A stretch of DNA of 64,000 nucleotides from NCBI GenBank assembly GCA_002633005.1, contig NMRA01000475.1, positions 62,001 through 126,000 on the forward strand. The letters are read 5' to 3'. Source of the stretch: Phoronis australis. Lineage: Eukaryota; Animalia; Phoronida. Position 1 is the stretch's first letter; every line of letters begins with the position of its first letter. The position numbers were made by a program, and so were the translations under genes. Of this stretch, positions 40,714 through 53,214 are shown one piece after another. Below the pieces are notes generated by a model. It saw only the letters and a program-made list of their open reading frames with translations, had not been told where the DNA came from and searched no databases.

Positions 40714-41061
40714 TTGTGCACTCAGTAGTCTCGTTGCATGCATATTCCAACTGAGTTGGGTTTTCACGCCTTAAAATTCCAGTAAAGCTTATTACCACCA
40801 ATTTTCAATTACAGCTGCAATCCACAAATTATTTTTATTTCTCATACTTTGATCCCTGAGATAAGTTACTTGTTGGAACAAACGACCCATATTTGCCGTA
40901 ACTGACACGGTCAGTTGTAACTAACATCCATTAAAATCAATCAAGGTAAGATGGATATTTTGATATTTGTATAGAGGATAAAATTTTCAACAAAATCACT
41001 ACAGTTTCAATGTCTAACTTGATAAAATGCATTTGGTTACATCGAAAGTGGAGTAACTGTT

Positions 41062-41468
41062 GAGATTACCAGCTCTGGGAATTGAACCAGCGACCCCGAT
41101 AAAACCAGCAAGCATTCTAACCATTCAGCTAAAAGGCAACTGGCCCTGAGGGGCCTGTGGACCTCCGACAGGGCACAATTGGTGTGGATGCCCACCACAG
41201 GAGAGCGTTGCTGATGGCAAATTCTAGGACACGGGTAGTGTTGCTGAGGGCAAATTCCAGGATGCTAGGTAGTTGCTGAGATCTGCAGCCAGGTGCGCCT
41301 GTTCCGTAGGAAATGGGGGAATGTTGTAGATTTGCTTCTGGTGAATCACATGGGTCTCTGTTAGCCGCTTGCTAACGAGTAATTGCCTATTAGTATTTGT
41401 TGAATGGTTAGGACGTGTGCCAGTTTTATTAGGGTCGCTGCACTTTGATTCCCGGGTCAGGTAATTTC
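41062..41468. repeat. Inverted pair of tRNA-derived (A-box/B-box) sequences
   Basis: 41062-41140 (minus) aligns with 41383-41468 (plus): TAGCTGAATGGTTAG...GGGTCGCTG..TTCAATTCCC. Confidence 0.6.
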
Positions 41469-41960
41469 TGCAATTTCTACAAATATTTTGCTAGTGATCT
41501 TCGATTGTCAAATTGCTTGCACAATAAGAATTATATTAAGAACAAAATCTTGATATCTCGTCCATACTTTCCACAATGGTGCTCCGCGGTAGGTCAGGCA
41601 CAATTTCGAAAGAGCCCCCAAGGGGGCTTTTTCTTGGAGGGCAAAGGAAAGCTCTTTTAAGGATCGCTCTTTTCTAAGTCCATGGTGTTTAACCTCCAAA
41701 ATTTAAAATGCAGTGGTGCCAGCTCCAGCCTTTACATCACTGTAGACAGTCCAATAGGCAATACAACCGAAGCCCTAGGTCAAGACTTCAATTTGTATGA
41801 TAATTCATAGGACCAACTTACCAAGCCGGACATCGTCAAGTAGATTCACCGTTAGTATAAAAAAGCACTGCACAATACATAGCAACTAGACATTTTGAAC
41901 AAGCATGTTCGTTTCGCGTTACGATACTGATATACGGGCAAATGCAGCCCACACGAATTG

Positions 41961-41970
41961 TCGGCCATTT
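41961..41970 (-). promoter_or_regulatory. YY1-like motif (AAAATGGCCG) just downstream of the SBP2 first coding exon
   Basis: Motif in CpG-richer sequence near the start exon, with a CACGTG E-box near 42199. Function untested. Confidence 0.25.
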
Positions 41971-42069
41971 TAATAATACGGTAACCTAACAGTCCTTACC
42001 AACCATTCTGTGATTGACACGATTTCATTTTTTAACAAACCGCGCGTTTTTATAATAAAATAAAAATAC

Positions 42070-42099
42070 CTTGGCTGTCTTGGTATCTCCCTGAGCCAT
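42070..42099 (-). CDS. SECISBP2L: SBP2/SBP2L first coding exon (MAQGDTKTAK)
   Basis: ATG GCT CAG ... AAG|GTATT with a phase-0 exit matching exon 2. Lies in a CpG-richer promoter-like region. Confidence 0.7.
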
Positions 42100-45000
42100 A
42101 CTAAATCCTATTTCCTCACAGTTCACATGGTATAATCATTATCTAAGTTTTAATTTTTGCGTATACTCCGATCGCCACTGTTCACGACTAGTTTATATCA
42201 CGTGACCACTACTCTCGTATAAAAATGATCGAGTATGATATTTCAAATGCAAGACTTAAATACAAAACAATAAGCAATTCAGGATGGAAAAACTTCATCA
42301 ATGTTCGATTCAGGTACCTTCAATGATTAGTGGTGATTTTTTATTGTTTTACAGGAAGAGATGTCTTTTTAAACTTCAGCTTGTTACGACCGCAGCGATG
42401 CTAAGTGGCAGGAGATGAAAACATAATTTGCAAATCGGAGCCGGTAGCTCTAAACCCGGTACCTTAACATAAACAAACATTTGGACTGTAGTCTTTTGAA
42501 CACAGTAAAGCTCACTAAAATAGAGTTCACTGTAGCATTCTGTTTCAAAAATTGGAACCTTTGTAGAGTTCCAACACAAAAAGTAAACCCTTTCACAAGG
42601 AAAAGATTTAATCGGGAAGGCACCTACTTTTCCCACCCGAGCATAACATGCCACTTATGTAACTTATGTAAGTAGCCGGCCCTTTGTCCCTCTTTAATTA
42701 ATGTCATCGTTCAGTTCAACGGATATACAAAAATGTGCCAACTAACCATAATTAGAAGTTGACAGTAATGAAATTTTGCCTCAATGACCGAATGTTTTCA
42801 TTCATCGACTAGTCTATCAGTTGGACGGGTTGCACACAGCGGCGGACAATTGTGTACGGGCGTAACTTTAGTAAACCCCGGCCGTGAGGCCCGTTTCGTC
42901 TTAACCTTTTTTTTTTTCATTTTGTTCTATTATAATGGTAAATGTGTCTCTCAGCAGCACAACAGATTTTTTGGCGGCGAAAACGTATTCAGCATTTTTG
43001 TTTTTCCTCGCGCGAGTGTCCGACACGGCACCGCCTGAAGCAATTTTATTTGCAACCTGACCAAGAAATTACTTTTGCAATTGTAAAAACGAAAGTAAAT
43101 TTATAACCGCAAAATTGAGTGCGCTTTGACAATGACTGTCAACCTTGAAATCAGTCGGTAAAACCAAATCATAAAAAATCACGTCTGACATTTATTCTGC
43201 CGTTCCATATAGCTAGTGTCGCACGAAAATTCTACGATTCATAACAATACTTTCCTAACAACAGCAAAAAGAAATGGGGTTCATTGAGCGAAATTATCGA
43301 TAATTTTTTAATAATGACCCGCTTTATACGACTACCCAGACATTTATCTTCTATAGGCCAATGTTGGGTATATTGAACAACGTCAGACCTGGACTGACCG
43401 ACGCCCGTGTTGCAGTCTTCTACAGCGCTCTCTATTGACGGTTAGTAAGCATATTTATGTCTGGAACAGTTTCCCGCGATTCAATGACACTGAGAAAATC
43501 AAGGTTCGGTTGCCAACATGGTTGCTTTCGTCCACATGCTTATTGTACACTTGCAATTTTTTTACTGGAAAACCAGACGGACGTGCTGTGGAATAACTCA
43601 AATTGATTGGAAAATGCGTTGAAAGTGACCAATATGTTGTCAGAAATCGTGACTGAAAGTATATGACGTGTTCTCAATAGATCGATTCCATTACCGCCGA
43701 TTGGTTGTTTTCTCGATAACTGATGTAAATGCTTTCCATAGTTAAGCACAGAACGATTAGTCATGAACACACGTTCGTTCCATTTTTCCACCATGCCTTT
43801 AATTAGGACAAAAAGGACAACGCAGTTCGTTCCTGTCGAGTGCTCTACATGAATATTAAATTTGTTGTCTTTAAAAGCAAAATTTAACATTTATGTTCAT
43901 ACTTCGACATTGAAAAAACGCCAGTATCAGTCTGCCTCCCTGTTTCAGTGGTAAACATTGTGGCTCGTTCTATTGCGAGTTGCAGTGAGAGGTTTCTTAT
44001 GCAAGCTTTTCAGCTTTCCAAATAAAAATAAACAAGAAAATTGCCATAAATACATAGTAGCAATACTTGCTTTTGTTAGTACGTAAACAACACACCATTT
44101 TCTCAGACAGCTGAAGTACGAACAAAAAAATTATCACAAGTATCGTCAATGAAAACATGTTCATTGAGAAATTGGAACGTGAGTTGTAATTATGAGAATG
44201 ATCTCCAATTAGGTCATCTCATGCTCGTCATAAATAAGATATATTAATTCGTCGACTGCTAACGTAAGCTGTTGCGGCAATGGACTGCTTCCAAAATAAA
44301 TATCGTTTGTTGAACACTGTATTAAGTGATGTGTAATCATGAAAATTATGAAACTTTCCTTGAAAGACCGCTGCCACTATGCCAATTATAGGTACTTAGA
44401 CGGAAAATTTAAGCATATTGAATTCTAAGGTGCTACAAAAAGGAGGTTATTAATAAAAATAAGCGTTGTTCGTAACGGTTGCGACATTACTCTGGTATCC
44501 ACGTTGATCCTACTTTATAGTATTTTTAAAACACTAAAATGTGTTTATTGTGTTTTAGATTATATTTACAGGCATGCAATATTTTTGCTGAAATACGTTG
44601 CTTGTTATTGTGCTGTCCATTAAAGAGGGGTTAGCTCTCACACAACGAGGTGTTCCAGGTATTTTGTTTGGTAAGATGTTTTCTTCTGGAGTATCGTCTG
44701 AGCCAGTTGGTTACATCAACTTCGAGGTAGCGGTGATAACCGGTATCGAATTGGAAGGCGGAGTGGGGTCGGTGAAAGTGGCATTGTCTCGGCAGAGATT
44801 TCTTAATTTGCAATCCTCTTAGTTCCTTACTTATTATGGTAGAGAATGTGCCAGGGGGTGACTAAATTTTCTACTTAAAATGCCGGGATATGCGTGAAGC
44901 TGGACCATACAGACAACAAATCATTTGAGCGACTGTCTCAACAGTCAGATAAATTATACTTTATAGCGCTGTCTGAGCTTAAATTCCAATTAATATGCAT

Positions 45001-45961
45001 TATTCGTTTCGTAATTAATATTTGGAAAAAGACAATAAAACGGGATTTGCAAAGCATATAAAATTTTGTAAAAATTGAGACTACATGTACCCTTTTTCTA
45101 TAAAACATATGTCGAACCAACTCGATAACAACTGGTCAACAAAATGGCACAGATGTGCTTTCACATTTAATTAGACCGAGGGTATTTGAAACTACTAAAA
45201 TCCAACTTGTCATAAAAGTACCCACCATAACTCCATGTATGTTGTGAAGTCATGGGTTCACTGAAAAACGAAACACGACCAGTAAGTATGAAGGCGTTAC
45301 CTCCGTTAAATTGGTGAAACTAATGATTCATCAGTTGTGAACTGGTTCAGGGTAGCAGACGTAAAGAGGGTTGTTCATAAAATATATCAATAGGTCAACG
45401 TTCGAGGAGTCGCCGCCGTCACTAGTGAGCTTTTAATAATAATACACGACGAACGCTAAGAAATAGTGGCTCTCAATATAATGGTCGAATTAGGGGATGA
45501 ATTCATAAAAAGCTATTCTTATTTGATTCGCATAACCACTGACTAGCGGTGACGTTATTATATCAAACGCAATTTATTCACAATAGTCTTGTTTGCCTAC
45601 GGTACGAGCACGTATTTATTTATGCGTATGCCCCAGTATCCAAATGTGTTTTTTTCCAAAAATATATTACACAGCCTGGATACCCATGCTCCTACAGGCG
45701 CAATTGGGATGTTCCTGGTTTTTGAATTAATAGTTTGTTTGATTTTTGTCCAGTTTTAGCAGGCATATTCTTCAATTAATTCATCTTGAAAATGAAAGCG
45801 CCCAGCATCTACGATTTTTAAATTAATAAGTCAACTTTCACACACCAACGGCTTCATTATTTTGGGTATAAAGATTCAGCCTTGTAGATGAGCTACAAAT
45901 ATGCAGTTTTCGTCTATCTTAACAACAAGTGTTTAAACAAACTGCATTTCGTATAAGTGGT

Positions 45962-46031
45962 ATAACAACAGCAGCAGCAGCACAGACGCGGCAGCAGCAG
46001 CAACAGTAACAACAACAGCAACAACAACAAC
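45962..46031. repeat. (CAA/CAG)n low-complexity tract
   Basis: Read directly. Confidence 0.85.
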
Positions 46032-46242
46032 TTCATCATTATTAATGTTTTTCAACTGCCATTGGAACTGACAACCCTGTAGGTGTTTGGCAGGTGTGTT
46101 CTGCTGCTTTTCAAGCCTGAGGAAGTGTTTTGATGAATTATAATCAGTCAGTTCTGATGCCCTTACATATTGTCAGTGCAAGCCAGTGTGGGGCTTCACA
46201 GACAGACGATTGTCATAGCATGCTAGTGAAAAATTGATCTAA

Positions 46243-48510
46243 TAAACTTTCAGAAACAATAAAATATCTTAAAGATGATAAAAATGCAAAAAACAAATTT
46301 TGGTTTAGATCACTAACTGTTGCAAAATTGGTCTCAAGTTCCTCAGTCAAACTGGAGGTAATTCCTTGGCTTCAAATGAACTGACGGCTCATTATTGCTC
46401 AAGACCAGACTACTTGTTTCCTTGTCACCAGCCTGGGACTCCCAGGTCACAGCCAAGCATGGCCTTCCCATGTCTCATAAGTGAGTGTGAGTGCACTTGT
46501 CCAAGAATCCTAACTACTTGTGTTATAATAACATTGTATCTATCAGATGTATATATGAATAAAAAACAGAAAGAAACACGATTTAATCACTCAAACCCAA
46601 GGACATCAAACGATGTGTGAAGTAGCCTTTCTGGGCCATTACGTCACCGGAACAACACAGAACAAAGGAAGTAAGGGCGAAAGTAATNTAAACTTTCAGA
46701 AACAATAAAATATCTTAAAGATGATAAAAATGAACAATGACCATAACATGTAGTGGTCACCAAGACCTGGTAATCACTGACATCTATTGGTCACTAACAT
46801 CTAGTGGTGACTTACACTAGAGTTTCGCAAGACTTGTGGTTGAATATTTTGTCTCAACAGACTCATTTCATATCACAACTATTTGTATGTGGCAACGTCT
46901 TTTATGGGATCTAGTTGAAAGTGATTAACTTATAAATCTTTGTGAATTTTTAGGTAAATTTCGTGTCTGGAAAGAAAATATTTCTTACTAGCGGCTGTCG
47001 CACAACTCTAATATTTTGCTGGTAAAACATTTATACTATGGAAGATGGTATGAGAACAACGTTGTATTCATCTAAAATCTTTTAAACACAAGTCTAACGA
47101 CTTACGAGTCGTTTTGTGCTACACACACAATGTTTTCTCCATCATTTACGAATTTTTGAGCTTGAGAAAAAATTTACGAATATATTTAAAGGAAAACAAT
47201 TTCGATATCTTTAAAGTTGTCTAACTGATTTTTTTCAACTTTTTTTCCAACAAATATTGCTATTTAATGTCAGTTGCATAAAAACGAAATTTGAAAACGT
47301 GGGAATTGGAGCTAATTCTCAGCTAACTGGTGAATGGCGGAAAAAAGCTTACATTTGCTCTCCAAGTTTTGACATTGATACAAATTTGAATAGGTTTCAA
47401 ACCCGTTTAGATGGGCGCACCCCGGAGAGGGGGGGGAGGGTCGAAAGAACCCCCAATTTAGCGAATTGGGCAAAAAAGTTCTGCCTCAGTGAAAAAAGTG
47501 CGAGTAAATGACACAAAGAACACAGAAAATCGGCACAGGTGCACAATCCGCAGGCCGGAACCTAGTGGCCCCGTTTTTTGGACCCCATACCGAGAAATTC
47601 GAGCCCCCTATATTTCAGGCTACCTGCGCGCTGGTTTAGTACACAGGCTTTTAAGAATTTTACATGAAATTAGGACCACAGATTCCCAAATGTGCACCTT
47701 TTCTGGAAAAGAACAACATGATATGGTCCATCTGTGTCGTGTTTATTTGTACGTTCCTTTCGGCGTTCGTTGTTTCAATGTCTTAAAAAAGTGAATTTAT
47801 TGATTTCTCATGTCAAGAAGCTATCTTGGGGGTAAGTTTTCAGAATGCATTTCACAGTAAGTTTTGGTAAATATCATTTACATGGCTGGAGATTAATCAA
47901 TCTTAAACCTTGTCTAAAGTATTAAAAAACAGAAATTTTCAAGTTTAATTTGACAAAACAAAAAACAAATTGTACAAAAATTGTGAATATTCTAATTCTA
48001 ACAACAGATAGACTCCTATCCATGGATCTTTTATTTGACCGAGCTTGGCTTGCATTAAAATGTCTCGGCATACTTTAAAGAGTCTATGAACCCATCATCC
48101 CTTATTGTTGCAAAAAACAAATTTTGGTTTAGATCACTAACTGTTGCAAAATTGGTCTCAAGTTCCTCAGTCAAACTGGAGGTAATTCCTTGGCTTCAAA
48201 TGAACTGACGGCTCATTATTGCTCAAGACCAGACTACTTGTTTCCTTGTCACAGCCTGGGACTCCCAGGTCACAGCCAAGCATGGCCTTCCCATGTCTCA
48301 TAAGTGAGTGTGAGTGCACTTGTCCAAGAATCCTAACTACTTGTGTTATAATAACATTGTATCTATCAGATGTATATATGAATAAAAAACAGAAAGAAAC
48401 ACGATTTAATCACTCAAACCCAAGGACATCAAACGATGTGTGAAGTAGCCTTTCTGGGCCATTACGTCACCGGAACAACACAGAACAAAGGAAGTAAGGG
48501 CGAAAGTAAT
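46243..48510. other. Duplicated 445 bp segment around a single-N gap, probably two haplotypes assembled in tandem
   Basis: 46243-46687 equals 46689-46732 plus 48111-48510, apart from a 1 bp indel. N at 46688. Confidence 0.85.
46733..48109. mobile_element. Unclassified about 1.38 kb insertion (AACAAT...ATTGTT ends)
   Basis: Absent from the adjacent duplicate copy, which defines its boundaries. 6 bp terminal IR and a 1-2 bp (G or TG) duplication. No long ORF. Confidence 0.7.
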
Positions 48511-48596
48511 CATACTGAATAGGGTTCAGAACAGAATACCACATAGAGATTCTCACGGTAACATCAGTAAACCTAATAATTCATTACAAATGTCAA

Positions 48597-48710
48597 TTTA
48601 TTGATTGCTGTTCTCAGGGTGATGCTCAAAACATTGTAGCGCCAAAATTCACGAGTGTTCCATTCAGTTCAGACTTTAAAGCTTCAACTGTTGCTTAAAG
48701 ACAATTTATT
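48597..48710 (-). promoter_or_regulatory. Candidate polyadenylation signals (AATAAA on minus at 48705-48710 and 48597-48602) for WDPCP
   Basis: TTTATT hexamers about 1.5 kb past the WDPCP stop. AT-rich background makes chance hits likely. Confidence 0.3.
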
Positions 48711-49051
48711 AACACAAAACAATGGCAATGGAATGTTCTATACAAGGCAGGCAGAAATGTAAAAAGTCATATAAAATCATGCACTTTAATTGCACAAACC
48801 ATGAAAAAATCCATATCAAATTCTCACACTTAAAAAAGCAAAACTTGATTACAGAAATTTGAATTCTATTTACCTCACACTGTTCTTACTAGTGCTCCAA
48901 AATCATTCACCTAAGACTAACCTAAATCTGGGAACTTAGATTCTCTGCATTTTTTAGGAATGCAGCTATTTCTGGCTTAGGGATATACATTATGGTAGAG
49001 ACAAGCAACATATGGCAATGTTGTAGAGTATCGGAAAGTAAAGGGTAACAA

Positions 49052-49183
49052 ATAAAGTGGTATACTGGCAATAGTCACTTACAGGGGGTCTGTATTTTCA
49101 CCACCAGTACCGTAACACATAAAGTGGTATACTGGCAATAGTCACTTACAGGGGGTCTGTATTTTCACTACCAGTACAGTAAC
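49052..49183. repeat. 67 bp tandem duplication including the end of a small palindromic MITE
   Basis: ATAAAGTGGTATACTGGCAATAGTCACTTACAGGGGG... twice; GGCAATAGTCACTTACAGG matches the TIR of 52216-52327. Confidence 0.8.
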
Positions 49184-49604
49184 TTCCGCTGAATAACGGG
49201 CATCAAAATGGTTCAAAATTGCAGCATCCCTCTAGTGACCAGAAATGGTATACCCCTCATGAACGTCTCCTCTTTAGTGAATTTTCCACACAGTTCTGCA
49301 GGATATTTACATGCAGCTATCAATTTGGTCTGTTGTTAAGCTTTCTTGGGGATCTTTTATTCAGCATCATGCACATAGCGCTGCAGGTCTGCTCCAAATG
49401 TTGTGTTCAGACAAAAACCAGGAACAGTTGTCACGGTGCGAGTTGTCACGGCGCGACTTCTCCACTTTAGTTGCATTTACACGACATTAGATCACATTTA
49501 CACCAAGACTGTCAGCTTTGCCCCAGTTTCTGTTTAGATGTGTAGTTGAACTGGAGCAACTGATCGAGTGCAACTTGCTCTAACTATCAAACCGAAGTCA
49601 GTCT

Positions 49605-49620
49605 CACACACGCATGCACG

Positions 49621-49655
<35 letters not shown>
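49605..49655. repeat. (CA)n microsatellite
   Basis: Read directly. Confidence 0.95.
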
Positions 49656-49659
<4 letters not shown>

Positions 49660-50171
49660 GCACGATCAGCTGTTCCGCGTTAGTTGCTCCATGACAACTG
49701 CCTCCTGTGTAAATGTGGTTTCTGTAGATTCCCACATTCCCAATGAACCTTCACAAGAGACCAACCTCACAATTGGTGTGGATAGTGACGTGTGTTGTTA
49801 GTGCATCACTTTCTAGAACAATCCGGCCAAACACAACATGGCTTCAATATTGATAAGATTGTAATTGTTGAGCATTGCCAGTAAACAGCACAACAATCAC
49901 TTAGCATTGGAAGATGTCAGATTCGTTACTAGCATAAGAAAGAAAGTTAAGAGCAGTCTTTAAATGAAAAAAAATCACCCACAATTAGAAGTAGTCCTGT
50001 TAAAGCATTAAATCCACATGTCATTAAAAGCACTTGGCCTTGACCTTGGGTGATTTATTCATGGTGGATCAGATATGATCATTACAGAGAGATAACGATA
50101 ACACCGCATCTCAGATTTCAATCTCATGAGCATCGGTGACTGTGCAGAAATCCAGAGAGCAGACCACAACT

Positions 50172-50225
50172 CTAGACCACACCAAAATGAATGACCTTGA
50201 CTGTGTTAGATGTTTTATCACCTTC
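50172..50225 (-). CDS. WDPCP: WDPCP last coding exon (EGDKTSNTVKVIHFGVV*)
   Basis: ttttgcAG acceptor and TAG stop; tail matches vertebrate WDPCP LKMIHFGLV*. Confidence 0.93.
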   Translation of the reverse strand, partial: EGDKTSNTVKVIHFGVV

Positions 50226-50688
50226 CTGCAAAAGAAAATGCATTACATTCAGAGAGGTAAATCTGTGCTGGCTGACTTACAGCATAATGAATGTGTAGGT
50301 GAAAGCCAAATATCTAGAGAGAACAGTGGCTACACTTGTAAATGGGCTTCTCTATATATCAAATAACAGTGGTCCATGTAGAACCTGCTATCTGGAAACA
50401 GCACAGGGTTATTTTCGTAAATAGGCATTGCCACATATCACGCATAAGCTGTCTATGCGACACCTTGTTATCTACAAAGAACAATGGGTAGACTTGTAAA
50501 TGGATTTTGATTTATATCCCATAACAGGGCAATGGTCACTGTATATGCTTCAGTTGGCAGCCGATAGACACAGCTAGGAGACAAGCACATAGCACAGATA
50601 AATGCATTTCCCCCGAGTGCAACTTGAAACCAAGCATACAGTGATGTTCAGCACTGAAAACTGGAATTTTGTCAAACAACAACGCTAC

Positions 50689-50800
50689 CTGTGGTTTGGG
50701 TGGAACATCGTCTTCTAAAGCTGCTGCATATTCATCCATCAGCTGTGCAGAGATCTCTGGGTCATCCTCATAACTATAATCAATTGTGTCGATTCCACTT
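50689..50800 (-). CDS. WDPCP: WDPCP exon (SGIDTIDYSYEDDPEISAQLMDEYAAALEDDVPPKPQ)
   Basis: AG/GT bounded; phase 2 entry and phase 0 exit fit both neighbours. Confidence 0.82.
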
Positions 50801-51637
50801 CTGAATGGAAACGGACAAATGAAACTCACTAAAGGTTAATGATTGACGTATTTATTTCATTGTTTCTCCTAATTATTATTTGTGACCACTGTACAAAATG
50901 AAACAGAATAGAATAATGTTGTGACAGTAGCAAAGGTTAATCGCCATCAAAGAATAAGAAAACTGTGTGGTCCCTCCTCACAGTCACCAACTGTGCCGCC
51001 AGCTGGCAGTTGAAACTACCCTCTTCAAATTGGTGCCTCTCCCCACCCCATCCGTACCTCTGCATTGTAAACTAAGCATAAGACAAGATGACCAACGTCT
51101 CCCTCAATGAACATTTATGTCTTTCAATGGTCCACTTAGCTGAACACAGTACAGCAAAATCACATCAATTTCAGACAAAAGCAATTTTAAATATTACTGT
51201 TTTTTCAATTTTCAAGATCTTTTAACAATGTCCTGAATGCTCACATCTCATAATATTTTATAGGTAAAGCATTGATTTGATGCTCTATAGTTTTTATAAA
51301 AATACAAGAAACTAAAATTGCACTTGTGCACCATATTTGTGTCCTAAGTTGGTGAGACTTTAACGTACTAAATCTGATAAGCACACATGAATGAACACAT
51401 GAATATTGCTTTGCTGTTAAATAAATCAAAGCTTACAAAGAGGCTTCCAATGTTGACTGTAATGCTTTCTTACAAATAGATAAATTTTGAGTTAAGGATA
51501 GTTGAAGAACATTATCTCAACAGGTCACGGTACGGTAAAAATCGGACTTTGATGTGTACTTTTTCAAATTCTTTGTACAAAACCAATTCTTGAAGCTCCT
51601 ACTACACGGCGTCTACCCAAAATGTGAGCCTACTTAC

Positions 51638-51711
51638 TGCCTGTGTTGTACCACGTGAGGTGTTGAGTGACGCGGCTGGTAGAACGGTTGTTGTAGCATG
51701 CCTCGGGTTGG
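51638..51711 (-). CDS. WDPCP: WDPCP exon (PTRGMLQQPFYQPRHSTPHVVQHRQ)
   Basis: gtttcAG acceptor and GTAAGT donor; 74 nt gives the required phase 0 to phase 2 shift. Confidence 0.8.
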
Positions 51712-51870
51712 CTGAAACAAAACAAGGAAACAAATGATTTCATTATGAAATACCTAATCATGTAGCTAGGTGCTGTTTTGACAAGAGCAATACAAAGCAT
51801 TGCATGCACAACTACACTGCTTCAAGGGTGTTACGGTGTAATGTAAGTACCATGAAAATGGCCTTGTTAC

Positions 51871-52089
51871 CTGCTGTCTATGACTAGGTGTTTTGTCCAT
51901 CTCTGTGTCACTTTCATCGTCATAATAGGAGTCCCCATTGGAATAGCCATCTCCCGATAATTCCTCGTCTTCATTCGTTTCAGATCCAGCGTCCGTTTCG
52001 GTTGATTCGTTGTCTATCTGTTCTGCTTTCTTCTTTGCCACTTCAGCGAGTGCAAGTTCACCCTTGTCCTGAGCCAGATAGTGTATATC
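51871..52089 (-). CDS. WDPCP: WDPCP exon (DIHYLAQDKGELALAEVAKKKAEQID plus acidic tract)
   Basis: Near identity to vertebrate DIHYLALDKGELALAEVARKRA; AG/GT bounded, 219 nt. Confidence 0.95.
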
Positions 52090-52215
52090 CTGCAAGGTTT
52101 ACGTGGCAATAAAACTACAGAGTCAACAATTTCACATGCTCTCACGCACAGCATAATCAAGGGAAATGCGCTATTTCACCATCTGTTTGTGGTTTTAAAA
52201 TGGTCCACTTGGAAG

Positions 52216-52327
52216 GGTAATAATCACTTTTACAGGAATCCACCATTTTGAGAACCAGTTTTCTCCACTGAATAACAGGCACCAAACTGGTTCTCAAAAT
52301 GCAGAACCCCTGTAAGTGACTATTGCC
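52216..52327. mobile_element. About 110 bp palindromic mini-MITE
   Basis: GGTAATAATCACTTTTACAGG..TTTTGAGAACCAGTT / AACTGGTTCTCAAAA..CCTGTAAGTGACTATTGCC. Relatives near 33380, 49067 and 56655. Confidence 0.65.
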
Positions 52328-52475
52328 ACGTAGATGGAAATACAGAAAATTTCTGTAAAATAGTTAAGGATCCAGGGTCGGATAGCAAGCGAGATATAAT
52401 TGGACGCATGCACGGCTCTTGAGTTCATTTTGATTATTGTCTTATATCGGGTGAAACATTGTCCCACTAGCTTAC

Positions 52476-52539
52476 CATGAATAAGTCTCTTGCACCTATG
52501 TCTACAGCCAATAGGAATGCTTTGTCAAATCTGGAATGC
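52476..52539 (-). CDS. WDPCP: WDPCP exon (RHSRFDKAFLLAVDIGARDLFM)
   Basis: Matches RFEKAFLLAVDVGARDLFM; canonical splice sites. Confidence 0.96.
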
Positions 52540-52709
52540 CTGCAAAAAGAATAAACAATAATTATAACCTACGATAAACTCACCAATTTAGGACACAATA
52601 TGGCAGACAAGTGAAATGTTTTCTTCTTCATTTTCCTGTAAAAGATATTAAGTAGGACAGAATAAAAGCTTCATCAGTGTTAAGCGGTACTTTTGTAGCA
52701 TGTTTTCCC

Positions 52710-53214
52710 TTATGCAAAAGTTGTTAAAGACACGACACCTGTTGCTGTTGATTATCTTTATTCCATTCTGTCAAGACAATTTGGGAAAACATGTCAATTA
52801 GGTACATAGAACATGATGTGCTATGATTGAAAGTATGGGAGTCCCTTTTGATCACATTCGAGAAGCCCATTTTGAATGAGCAGCAAACAGGGTCGCACCA
52901 CACGCTACACTTTGTATGCGTGACTTTCCTGTTAACCCCTCCATTTGTCATTCTTTGCAGTATTTCACACTTGCCGTGTCCCACTGTGTATGTTATTAGC
53001 TTTTGCTTTGTGGTGGTACTACCACGTCATTTTATTTCCACTTGAAAATGAAACAAGTATGTTTTGAGATATCGTGTCTTTTAGTCATGTCACTTGGTCA
53101 GTTACTAATTACCAATGTTCTGTTGAACGTCGAACTTCGTTCGTGGATACGAACAGAATTGAATAAAGATAGTCAACAATTACAAGTGTCGTGTCTTTAA
53201 CAAGTTTTGCATAA
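52710..53214 (+). mobile_element. 5'-truncated Penelope-like fragment with 62 bp inverted ends, nested in a MITE (about 52570-53340)
   Basis: ENMSIRYIEHDVL*LKV.ESLLI..EKP.LNEQQTGS, homologous to 20085-20400. 52710-52771 is the reverse complement of 53153-53214 with about 7 mismatches. Confidence 0.85.

Noticed and set aside
44598-44822. Overlapping ORFs, one containing YLEVDVTNWL
   Set aside because: No convincing splice sites, partner exons or recognisable domain; left unassigned.
46366-48443. Duplicated ORFs (46366-46620 and 48219-48443) as a gene pair
   Set aside because: They arise from the duplicated segment around the N gap; the 1 bp indel shifts frame and there are no coding hallmarks.
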